This document shows positions 1 through 8,349 of a stretch of 64,000 bases of DNA, one piece after another. The notes under the pieces were generated by a model, which saw only the letters and a program-made list of their open reading frames with translations, searched no databases and was not told where the DNA came from. How positions within the stretch are numbered: position 1 is the stretch's first letter; each line of letters begins with the position of its first letter. The stretch covers positions 5,961 to 69,960 of the forward strand of contig JBCCOK010000011.1 in assembly GCA_039025395.1 (NCBI GenBank), written 5' to 3'. The translations under genes and the position numbers were made by a program. This DNA is from Pseudomonadota bacterium (GTDB lineage: Bacteria > Pseudomonadota > Alphaproteobacteria > Rhizobiales > Rhizobiaceae).

Positions 1-223
1 GAGGCCGTGCGTCCGTCGTGCCCTGTTTCCGCTTGGACTTGCAGGCGTCCGGCAAGTCGGAAATGAGGCGCGGCCCTCAAGGCGGGGTGGAGAAGGAGCA
101 GTATTGAAACGCGCACATAAAACCGGAATCGGGAGACATTTTTGGATCGACGCCAACAAAAAGGCACGCTGCTGCGTTACCGCACCGGTCCATTCAAAAA
201 AAAACCGGAGTTAGGAGTACACC

Positions 224-1327
224 GTGAAAACAAGAATTACCCGACTGAGCACTCTTTCGGCAGCACTGTTTGCTGCGGTCCAGATCTCCGGCCTATCCGG
301 AACGCCGGCACATGCGGCTCCCGCCGCCTGCGGCGACGCTGTGCAAGATTACTTCATCGCATCCGGTGACACGCTTTCAAAAATTTCCGCTGTCGTATTC
401 GGGGATACGTCTCTATGGCCTCGTATCTTTGAGTATCCGGGCAACGTCGAAGCACTTGGACAAAACCCCGACCTGATCTTCGTTGGAACGCGCATTCGTA
501 TTCCGCCCTGCCCCGGTGCAGTTCAGTCCCTTCCCGAAACCACGGCTTCCATTCCGCAAAACAGTGCCCAGCAGGACACGCTCTATGTCATCACCGGAGA
601 CAACTGGCCTCCATACACGTCGACCAACTGGCCGAACAACGGCATGGCAACCGCCATCATTCAGGCCGCTTTTGACGCGTCCGATATCGGCACGAATGTG
701 GAGATCGACATCATCGACGACTGGAACGCCCAGGTGCAGACGCTGGTCAAGAAGGACCGCTATCATATGACCTTTCCATGGGCGATGCCCGACATGGATT
801 TCTGGCAGACATGCGACCGCCTTCCTGAGCCCATGCAGATCCGCTGCGAGTACAGCAAATCCAGCCCGATCGCCAATACGACCCAGGCGTTTTTCGTCGA
901 AGCGGGTCGGGCAGATTTGAACGACACGACACTAGAACAGGTTAAGCTGAGAAGAATTTGCCGGCCAAAGGGCTATTCCACCTTCGATATGGTCGAGGCA
1001 GGATTTTCAATCGAGAATTTGGTTGTCGGCAATTCGCCGCAGGATTGTTTCCAACGGCTGCTGGAAGGTCAGGCTGACTACGTTGCACTCAATCGGTTTG
1101 TCGGCGATGCCGTCGCGCACGAAATGGGTATCAGCGACAATGTGAAAATGTCGGATTTCTCCGTGACTGGCACACTTCACATGCTTGCCCATGCGTCCAA
1201 CGCCGAAACCAACCGCTATCTCGCTGAATTTAACGTCGGTCTCGACAGAATCATCGAAAACGGCACATACGGCCAAATTATCTCCTACTTTAATGACGAA
1301 TTTACGAGGCGTCTGGAAAACCAGTAG
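224..1327 (+). CDS. Secreted LysM-domain protein fused to a family-3 solute-binding-like domain
   Basis: 367-aa ORF with a GTG start, AGGAG 6 nt upstream. N-terminal signal-like segment ends in AHA. LysM-like block DYFIASGDTLSKISAVVFGD...GTRIRIP. The remaining ~250 aa resembles a periplasmic SBP_bac_3 fold by eye. Confidence 0.7.
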   Translation: MKTRITRLSTLSAALFAAVQISGLSGTPAHAAPAACGDAVQDYFIASGDTLSKISAVVFGDTSLWPRIFEYPGNVEALGQNPDLIFVGTRIRIPPCPGAVQSLPETTASIPQNSAQQDTLYVITGDNWPPYTSTNWPNNGMATAIIQAAFDASDIGTNVEIDIIDDWNAQVQTLVKKDRYHMTFPWAMPDMDFWQTCDRLPEPMQIRCEYSKSSPIANTTQAFFVEAGRADLNDTTLEQVKLRRICRPKGYSTFDMVEAGFSIENLVVGNSPQDCFQRLLEGQADYVALNRFVGDAVAHEMGISDNVKMSDFSVTGTLHMLAHASNAETNRYLAEFNVGLDRIIENGTYGQIISYFNDEFTRRLENQ

Positions 1328-1354
1328 TACCGAGTAGCAAGACTGGTTGACGCA

Positions 1355-1380
1355 GAAAGGCGGGCCAAGGCCCGCCTTTC
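1355..1380. terminator. Bidirectional rho-independent terminator between convergent genes
   Basis: Perfect 12-bp stem GAAAGGCGGGCC/GGCCCGCCTTTC with a 2-nt centre. A/T runs are built into both ends. It lies between the stop of the LysM gene and the stop of thrS. Confidence 0.6.
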
Positions 1381-1404
1381 CGTCGTTTGGGACACAGAGT
1401 TTAG

Positions 1405-3354
1405 TCAGTCGCGTCGAAGATCAGGTGGCGTGGCTTCATCGACCAGTGCATTGACTGCTTCGTCCAGCGTCATGGACGTTTGATCACGGCTGCCCAGGCG
1501 ACGCATATTGACACTGCGTTCCTCTGCTTCGCGCTTGCCGCATACAAGGATCACTGGAACCTTTGTCAGCGAGTGTTCGCGGATCTTGTAATTGATCTTC
1601 TCGTTGCGCACATCCGTTTCAACATGCAGCCCGGCCTTCTTGAGTTTATCTGCGACTTCCAAAGCGTAGGGCTCGGCTTCGGAAGTAATGGTCGCAACAA
1701 CCACCTGAACCGGTGCAAACCACAGCGGCATGATCCCGGCATAGTTCTCGATCAGGATGCCGAGGAAACGCTCCATGGATCCACAGATAGCCCGGTGCAC
1801 CATGACCGGTTGTTTTTTCTCTGAGTCGCTATCGATGTAGAAGGCCCCGAACCGTTCCGGCAGATTGAAATCCACTTGCGTGGTTCCGCATTGCCATTCG
1901 CGACCGATCGCATCGCGCAGCACATATTCGAACTTCGGTCCGTAAAATGTGCCCTCGCCTTCATTGACACCGGTCTTGATGCGGCCTTCGGATTCGCGTT
2001 CGATCTGCACCAGGATCTCGCGCATTACATCCTCTGCATGATCCCACATTTCATCGGTGCCAACACGCTTTTCCGGTCGGGTCGCGAGCTTTACCGTGAT
2101 TTCGTCGAAGCCAAAATCACTGTAAGTGGTCAATATGAGATCGTTGATGCGAAGGCATTCTGAACGCAGCTGTTCTTCGGTACAAAACACATGGCCGTCA
2201 TCTTGTGTGAATGCACGAACACGCATCAGACCATGAAGAGCACCGGACGGTTCATAGCGATGCACAGAGCCGAATTCCGCCATCTTTACAGGCAGTTCCC
2301 TGTAACTCTTTAGTCCATTTTTGAATATTAGGACATGACCTGGGCAATTCATCGGTTTCAGCGCGAAGACCCGCTCGTCTTCGGTCTGCGTGGTAAACAT
2401 GTTTTCCCGGTACCATTCCCAGTGACCGGAGGTTTCCCAAAGTGCTTTATCCAGCACCTGCGGCGTGTTTACTTCGTCATAGCCGTGCTGATCGAGGCGC
2501 CGACGCATATAGTTGACGAGGTTTTGGAACATACGCCAACCCTTGTTATGCCAGAAGACAACGCCCGGCCCTTCCTCCTGAAAATGGTAAAGATCCATCT
2601 CACGGCCGAGACGCCGGTGGTCGCGCTTTTCCGCCTCCTCGAGCATGCGGAGATAGGCATCAAGCTGTCTCTGGTCGGCCCAAGCTGTGCCGTAGATGCG
2701 GGTAAGCATGGGGTTATTAGAATCGCCACGCCAGTAAGCCCCGGCAACGCTCATCAGCTTGAAGGCATTTCCGATCTGCCCTGTCGATGCCATATGAGGA
2801 CCCCGGCACAGATCAAACCACTCGCCCTGCCGATAGATATTGACGTCTTCCCCGTCCGGAATCGCGTCGACCAATTCGACCTTGTAGGCCTCGCCCATTT
2901 CTTTGAATGTCTCGCGCGCCTTCTCGCGCGACCAGACTTCTTTGGTGAACGGTTTGTTGCGTGCAATGATCTCCCGCATTTTCTTTTCGATTTTCGGAAG
3001 ATCATCCGCCGTGAAAGGCTGGTTGCGCGCGAAATCGTAATAGAAACCGTTCTCGATGACCGGGCCTATTGTAACCTGCGTGCCAGGATAGAGTTCTTGG
3101 ACGGCTTCGGCCATGACATGCGCAGCGTCGTGGCGGATCAGTTCCAGCGCGCGCGGATCATCACGCGTCAGGATCTCAATTGGCCCTTCAGTGACGGCAT
3201 CTGAAAGGTCGCGCAGCTCGCCTTCAACAGCGACCGCAACGGCTTTTTTGCTCAACGATTTGGATATCCCCTCAGCCACATCGCGGCCGCTGGTACCCAC
3301 AGCGAATTCGCGGCTTGAGCCATCGGGAAATGCAAGAGAAACGGAATCAGCCAT
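1405..3354 (-). CDS. thrS: Threonine--tRNA ligase
   Basis: ORF 1405..3483 trimmed to the ATG at 3354 ([17 protein letters not shown]..., a TGS-type N-terminus). The protein is ThrRS-like over its full length (~650 aa), with class II core and anticodon-binding regions. Confidence 0.95.
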   Translation of the reverse strand: MADSVSLAFPDGSSREFAVGTSGRDVAEGISKSLSKKAVAVAVEGELRDLSDAVTEGPIEILTRDDPRALELIRHDAAHVMAEAVQELYPGTQVTIGPVIENGFYYDFARNQPFTADDLPKIEKKMREIIARNKPFTKEVWSREKARETFKEMGEAYKVELVDAIPDGEDVNIYRQGEWFDLCRGPHMASTGQIGNAFKLMSVAGAYWRGDSNNPMLTRIYGTAWADQRQLDAYLRMLEEAEKRDHRRLGREMDLYHFQEEGPGVVFWHNKGWRMFQNLVNYMRRRLDQHGYDEVNTPQVLDKALWETSGHWEWYRENMFTTQTEDERVFALKPMNCPGHVLIFKNGLKSYRELPVKMAEFGSVHRYEPSGALHGLMRVRAFTQDDGHVFCTEEQLRSECLRINDLILTTYSDFGFDEITVKLATRPEKRVGTDEMWDHAEDVMREILVQIERESEGRIKTGVNEGEGTFYGPKFEYVLRDAIGREWQCGTTQVDFNLPERFGAFYIDSDSEKKQPVMVHRAICGSMERFLGILIENYAGIMPLWFAPVQVVVATITSEAEPYALEVADKLKKAGLHVETDVRNEKINYKIREHSLTKVPVILVCGKREAEERSVNMRRLGSRDQTSMTLDEAVNALVDEATPPDLRRD

Positions 3355-3483
3355 TGTTGTCTCCTTTCCAGTCCCGCCAACGAATGCGGGTGGTTGATTG
3401 CGCGTTAGAAAGCGCGCGCGCGTTTTATCCTGCGCGTCCGCCCTTTGCAACGCACAAATGCCGTTACATCGCTTTGAACGCAC

Positions 3484-3843
3484 TCAGTTGCTAGCGTAGT
3501 GAAAATACCGCCACGGCATGTACCAGCGTGCCCTGTCCGGCGTTGCTTCAGGAACCGGATCAAAACCATGGGTTCCGCCGGGTCCGCATCTTATGAAACG
3601 AAACAACGCCATCCAGCCGCCGGCCCAAAGCCCATGACGCGCAATTGCCTCATAGCCGAATTCGGAACAGGTCGGAGCGTGTCTGCAGGTGTTTCCGATA
3701 AAACCGGACAGGGTTAGCTGATAAAGACGCACCAGACCCATTCCAAACAGTCTTCCCGGTGTCTTGCGAAACGGACCATCGTAGTTGCGGCCACGGTGAC
3801 GACTGTGAGCTTTTGTTTCTTCCGGCTTGGTCGAAGACGTCAT
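3484..3843 (-). CDS. yidD: Membrane protein insertion efficiency factor YidD
   Basis: Conserved YidD core LYQLTLSGFIGNTCRHAPTCSEFGYEAIARHG...RCGPGGTHGFDPVP. The exact start is uncertain because of a basic N-terminal extension. Confidence 0.85.
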   Translation of the reverse strand: MTSSTKPEETKAHSRHRGRNYDGPFRKTPGRLFGMGLVRLYQLTLSGFIGNTCRHAPTCSEFGYEAIARHGLWAGGWMALFRFIRCGPGGTHGFDPVPEATPDRARWYMPWRYFHYASN

Positions 3844-3851
3844 CAGTTGCT

Positions 3852-4301
3852 TCAGGCGGCCGCTCCCGCAGCCCGCTCTTCCTCGATCTGGTCAATGGCA
3901 TCGACAACGGCATCGAATGTCAGCAATGTCGACGCATGACGGGCTCTATAATCACGAACCGGCTCGAGAAATTGCAGATCGGAAAAACGCCCGCCGGGTG
4001 GCGGACCGTTTTCCTTCAGCATGGCAATCATTTCGGCGCGCACCTGACGCAATTCGGACATCGAAGCCCCAATAATCTTGCTCGCCATGATCGACGAGGA
4101 AGCCTGACCGAGAGCGCAAGCCTTGACCTCATGGGCAAAGTCACTGACCATATCGCCATCGACTTTCAGCCATACTTTGACGGTCGATCCGCAGAGTTTC
4201 GAGTGGGCACGCGCGCTCGCATCCGCATCCTCCAGTGAACCGATGCGCGGGATATTGCCTGCAAATTCAAGAATCTTCGCGTTGTATACGTCGTCAATCA
4301 T
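3852..4301 (-). CDS. NifU/IscU/SufU-like Fe-S cluster scaffold-family protein (two-Cys variant)
   Basis: 149 aa. N-terminal YNAKILEFAGN..., KLCGSTVKVWL and VKACALGQASSS are typical of U-type scaffolds. Its stop is 8 nt upstream of the yidD start. Confidence 0.8.
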   Translation of the reverse strand: MIDDVYNAKILEFAGNIPRIGSLEDADASARAHSKLCGSTVKVWLKVDGDMVSDFAHEVKACALGQASSSIMASKIIGASMSELRQVRAEMIAMLKENGPPPGGRFSDLQFLEPVRDYRARHASTLLTFDAVVDAIDQIEEERAAGAAA

Positions 4302-4512
4302 TCAGAAATCCCGGCGTCGATCTATTGTTTCTTGCGCAAAAACACATTAAATCGACGCCCTTACGTCGCCTATTCGTTGGCCTTTGAGATCTTTGTACCC
4401 TATTTTGGGCTCCAGCGACACTATTGCAAGTCCTGTCTCGCTGCGATGACCAGGAAACCATAACGTGCCCGTACCTTAAGCGAAATCGCATTGTGCGATT
4501 GCGGAGAATGAT

Positions 4513-5151
4513 ATGACTACAGACGCCATTATCAAAAGTTTCCCCAACGGGGTGAACGACGACACGGCAGGCGACATTGACCGGCCCACCGAAACCGAGG
4601 CAAGAGCAGCCATCGACGTGCTTTTGCGCTGGATCGGAGAGGATCCGGCACGCGAGGGATTGATCGACACGCCGAAGCGGGTCGCCAAGGCCTATCTGGA
4701 ATTGTTCTCCGGGTACAATGAGTCTGTCGAAGAGATACTCGGGCGCACATTTGAAGAGGTGGCAGGGTACGATGAACTGGTTCTCGTGAAGGACATCCCC
4801 TTCTTCTCCCACTGTGAGCATCACATGGTGCCGATTATTGGAAAGGCCCATATCGGCTATCTTCCAGCGGGCCGGGTCGTCGGCCTGTCTAAGATTGCAC
4901 GGGTTGTCGACGCTTTCGGCAAGCGGCTGCAGACACAAGAGGCCCTGACAGCACAGATCGCGGAAGCAATTGACGCCACGCTGAAACCACGGGGCGTAGC
5001 GGTGATGATTGAAGCCGAGCACATGTGCATGGTCATGCGCGGCATCAAGAAAATCGGTTCGACAACGCTGACTTCCACCTTCACAGGTGTTTTCAAGACG
5101 GAGCCCCAGGAGCAGGCACGGTTCATGTCCATGCTGCGCGGTCGGGACTGA
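4513..5151 (+). CDS. folE: GTP cyclohydrolase I
   Basis: 212 aa with the FolE signature [22 protein letters not shown] and [13 protein letters not shown] lies upstream of the ATG. Confidence 0.95.
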   Translation: MTTDAIIKSFPNGVNDDTAGDIDRPTETEARAAIDVLLRWIGEDPAREGLIDTPKRVAKAYLELFSGYNESVEEILGRTFEEVAGYDELVLVKDIPFFSHCEHHMVPIIGKAHIGYLPAGRVVGLSKIARVVDAFGKRLQTQEALTAQIAEAIDATLKPRGVAVMIEAEHMCMVMRGIKKIGSTTLTSTFTGVFKTEPQEQARFMSMLRGRD

Positions 5152-5154
5152 AAG

Positions 5155-5616
5155 ATGCCCGAACGAGCCGTCCAGCGAGCGCAGTTTCCGCCAGCGCCGG
5201 CCGACAAGTCGCTGCTGGAAGAAGGGAACGAGTTAACGCCACGCTTTGATGCAAACGGGCTGGTAACAGCAGTTGTGACCGATGTTTCCGACGGTACTGT
5301 TTTAATGTTGGCACACATGAATGCAGAAGCGCTGAAATTGACAGTCGAAAGCGGTATTGCCCACTACTACAGCCGTTCGCGCGCATCGCTTTGGAAAAAA
5401 GGCGAAACATCCGGCAACAGCCAGAAAGTCCACGAAATCCTCGTCGATTGTGACCAGGATGCCGTATGGTTGAAGGTGAGCGTCGCCGGCCATGGCTCCA
5501 CCTGCCACACAGGCCGCAGATCATGTTTTTTCCGCCGCGTCGAAGCTGATAATGGGGAGGTACGCCTCGTCAAAGACGATGAGCCGCGCCTGTTTGATCC
5601 TGCGACCGTCTATTAA
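5155..5616 (+). CDS. hisI: Phosphoribosyl-AMP cyclohydrolase
   Basis: 153 aa. Contains [31 protein letters not shown] and [14 protein letters not shown]. Starts 3 nt after the folE stop. Confidence 0.95.
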   Translation: MPERAVQRAQFPPAPADKSLLEEGNELTPRFDANGLVTAVVTDVSDGTVLMLAHMNAEALKLTVESGIAHYYSRSRASLWKKGETSGNSQKVHEILVDCDQDAVWLKVSVAGHGSTCHTGRRSCFFRRVEADNGEVRLVKDDEPRLFDPATVY

Positions 5617-5836
5617 AAGCGCCAGCGGAGACACGCTAAACAACGTCTATGCCCATCACGACAAAACAAATCCATTTGTTCAAAAGTCGATTGCCAGACG
5701 TTGCCGGCCCGTGGCAACTTCACCAAACATAAACAAAAAGAGCGTTGAATAGCAGTTCAGCGCTCGTGCGCAGTCCAGTCGATTTTCTCAGAATGGCTGC
5801 CGTGGCGAGTGTCGACTGCGTTCAGGAGATGATGCC

Positions 5837-6718
5837 GTGTTGCACACATCACCCCAGACAAAAATCGCACTTGCGCTGGGCGGAGGCGCTGCTCGCGGCT
5901 GGGCGCATATCGGGGTGTTGAGAGCACTCGACGAGGCCGGCATCGGGATCGGAATGGTCGCCGGTACGTCCATTGGCGCACTTGTCGGCGGGTGTTACCT
6001 CGCAGGTAAACTGGACGAACTTGAAGACTTCGCGCGTAGTCTGACCATGCGCCGCATTGTCGGATTGCTGGACTTGGCTATCGGCGGCAGCGGCCTCTTC
6101 GGCGGCATGCGCCTGAGCAAACGCATGCGCGAGCATCTTGCCAATATCAATATCGAGGACCTCGACCGGCCCTTCACGGCGGTTGCGACAGAAATCGCGA
6201 CGGGCCATGAAATCTGGATCCACAGCGGATCGTTGACCACTGCGATCCACGCGTCCTATGCGCTACCCGGCATATTCGAACCGGTACGATGCAACGGTCG
6301 CACACTCGTCGATGGCGCCTTGGTAAATCCGGTTCCGGTTTCGGTTTGCAGGGCTCAGGAGGCGCCGTTGGTCGTGGCCGTCAACCTACACTACGACCTC
6401 TACGGCCGATCCGCGGTCGTCAAACACGCCGCTTCCACGATCGCAGTTGACACGGCTGCCGACAAGACGCCTGAGCAACGAAAGAAAAAGGCGCGTCTCG
6501 GTATGACGAATGTGATGGTGGAAGCCTATAACATCATTCAGGACCGAATTTCCCGTGCCCGTTTGGCCGGAGACCCTCCGGATATTCTGCTGATGCCGCG
6601 CCTTTCGGACATCGGACTTTCAGAATTCCATAGAGCGTCCGAAGCGATAGACCGCGGCTATAACGAAGCCCGCGCCAAGATTGAAGATATTACGCGGCTT
6701 GCGGAAGTGCTTTCCTAG
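5837..6718 (+). CDS. Patatin-like phospholipase family protein
   Basis: GGGAARGWAHIGVLRALDEAG (oxyanion GGGxxRG) and GTSIGALVGG (GxSxG nucleophile), plus a DGALVNPVP Asp motif. Confidence 0.85.
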   Translation: MLHTSPQTKIALALGGGAARGWAHIGVLRALDEAGIGIGMVAGTSIGALVGGCYLAGKLDELEDFARSLTMRRIVGLLDLAIGGSGLFGGMRLSKRMREHLANINIEDLDRPFTAVATEIATGHEIWIHSGSLTTAIHASYALPGIFEPVRCNGRTLVDGALVNPVPVSVCRAQEAPLVVAVNLHYDLYGRSAVVKHAASTIAVDTAADKTPEQRKKKARLGMTNVMVEAYNIIQDRISRARLAGDPPDILLMPRLSDIGLSEFHRASEAIDRGYNEARAKIEDITRLAEVLS

Positions 6719-6783
6719 GTCGTGGTGAGGGTTTAACGATTTGGGGATTCTGAAAGACGGTCAATCGGCGGCCTCTTTTTCGG

Positions 6784-7710
6784 TCAGCGATCCATGGTTT
6801 CCACAGGTGCCGGCTTGCGGCTCATTCCGGTCATCGCATTGCCGATGATTGCGGCCAGTAGGATCGAACCGCCAACAACGGTGAACTGTGAGGGAACCTC
6901 GCCAATATAAAGCCAGACCCAGACCGGTGCGAGCATAACCTCTCCGAGCGAAAGCAGGGTAAGCTCCGCGGAAGGAACCGCGCGTGAGCCGATCGTAAAC
7001 AGAACCAGTCCTACGCCGATCTGACAGACGCCCATGAGCAGAGCGACGGTGGCATCATTGGTGCTGACTGTCAGCGGCAGACCGTTTCCGATGCAGATAA
7101 CCGCGGCTAGGACAATGGTGATCAGTCCAGAGAGAAAGACCGAAGGCATCATGTCCCTCGCCTTGCCCCAACGCAGGACGACGCTGTAGACGGCAAAACC
7201 GATTGCCGACCCGATCGCTGCCAGATTGCCGATCATGTTGCCCGTGGAAAATCCGTCAGCAACCATCACCGCTACACCGATGAGCGCGACAAAGATTGCG
7301 ACGGCCGTTGCTGCCCTCACTCTTTCGCCAAGAAAGAGACGCCCAAGCAAGGCAGCAAAAACGGGCGCCGAGGCGAACAGCAACAGCGCACTGGCCACAG
7401 TGGTCTTCTGGATCGCGTAAATGCCGCCGGCGAATGCGAGAAACAGGGCAAATCCTGCGATGAGTGCGGAAATGCCCGCGCTGCGGATTACCGCAATGGG
7501 CCTTCCCCCGGAGCGAACCCACAAAACAGCAAATAGAAAAGGGGTCAGCGTAAGCGAGCGGTAAAGCAGAATGTGCCAGGATGTCGCCTCATCGATCAGG
7601 CGAACGCCGAGGCCTACTGTGGACCAGACGATGCCGGCTGCCAGAACATACAGCACGCCGCGACTATAGGCATCGCGGTCAATAGTGGCAGAGTGCGACT
7701 GGGACAACAT
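6784..7710 (-). CDS. DMT (EamA-type) family transporter
   Basis: About 10 predicted TM helices with duplicated EamA-like halves. ORF 6784..7749 trimmed to the ATG at 7710, which has GGGAG 4 nt upstream. Confidence 0.8.
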   Translation of the reverse strand: MLSQSHSATIDRDAYSRGVLYVLAAGIVWSTVGLGVRLIDEATSWHILLYRSLTLTPFLFAVLWVRSGGRPIAVIRSAGISALIAGFALFLAFAGGIYAIQKTTVASALLLFASAPVFAALLGRLFLGERVRAATAVAIFVALIGVAVMVADGFSTGNMIGNLAAIGSAIGFAVYSVVLRWGKARDMMPSVFLSGLITIVLAAVICIGNGLPLTVSTNDATVALLMGVCQIGVGLVLFTIGSRAVPSAELTLLSLGEVMLAPVWVWLYIGEVPSQFTVVGGSILLAAIIGNAMTGMSRKPAPVETMDR

Positions 7711-7833
7711 TAACTCCCGGCATTTGGGTCCGGCTACCGCACCAGGCACTATGGAGCGCTTGTTCTCGCTTCACAACACGATTGGAACCATTTGTCGAAG
7801 CGCAAGGATCGCCTGCGTCGATCGCATTGACCT

Positions 7834-8346
7834 TTAAAGTCGCTTGCGCAACTGGCGCGCCCGTGCTGCCAGTGCTTTGCGGTCGGACCCAAGTGCAGCA
7901 TCGAGCATTTGTTCGGCCATGCTGCGTTCGATACGTCCATCAAGCGCCAGGTCAACGAACCCCTGGAGCGAGCAAGCAGCAACGATGTTTGACTTGTTCT
8001 CGACATTGGCAGCAAGAACGCGCGCGAGCCGATCGGCCTGCTCGCTGGTCAAAGTCGCACGGCTGAGAATCTTGGGAAGCTGTTCGCCGATTTCCCACTG
8101 CTTGGGATCTGCCAGCAGGCCAAGCAACCGCATTACATGCGCATCGAAAAGCGCAGGCTCCGCAGTGCTGATCTGCATGAGAGCATGCGCAGCGTGAGCA
8201 ACGACCGCGGTGTCTTCATCTTCCAGCAATTCTATCAATACAGGGAGCAAGTGCCCGTTCTGCCGAACCTCGTCAGCAACAGCACTTGCCGCCCCGACCA
8301 CGCGGCGATCGCCTTCACTCAGGCGATCACGCAGCCATGCGGACAT
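7834..8346 (-). CDS. HEAT/ARM-like repeat protein of unknown function
   Basis: 170-aa all-helical ORF with HEAT-like repeats (LLPVLIELLEDEDTAVVAHAAHALMQI...). The ATG lies 3 nt after the clpA stop (TGA GCC ATG). Confidence 0.6.
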   Translation of the reverse strand: MSAWLRDRLSEGDRRVVGAASAVADEVRQNGHLLPVLIELLEDEDTAVVAHAAHALMQISTAEPALFDAHVMRLLGLLADPKQWEIGEQLPKILSRATLTSEQADRLARVLAANVENKSNIVAACSLQGFVDLALDGRIERSMAEQMLDAALGSDRKALAARARQLRKRL

Positions 8347-8349
8347 GGC

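Noticed and set aside
3355-3483. 43-codon N-terminal extension of the thrS ORF
   Set aside because: The extension is Arg/Cys-rich and unlike ThrRS. The canonical TGS-domain N-terminus begins at the ATG at 3354, and the extension would abut yidD with no intergenic spacer (yidD stop codon 3484-3486).
4294-5022. 242-aa minus-strand ORF overlapping folE
   Set aside because: It is antisense to folE, whose product carries the full GTP cyclohydrolase I signature. No motifs are recognisable and its composition is odd.
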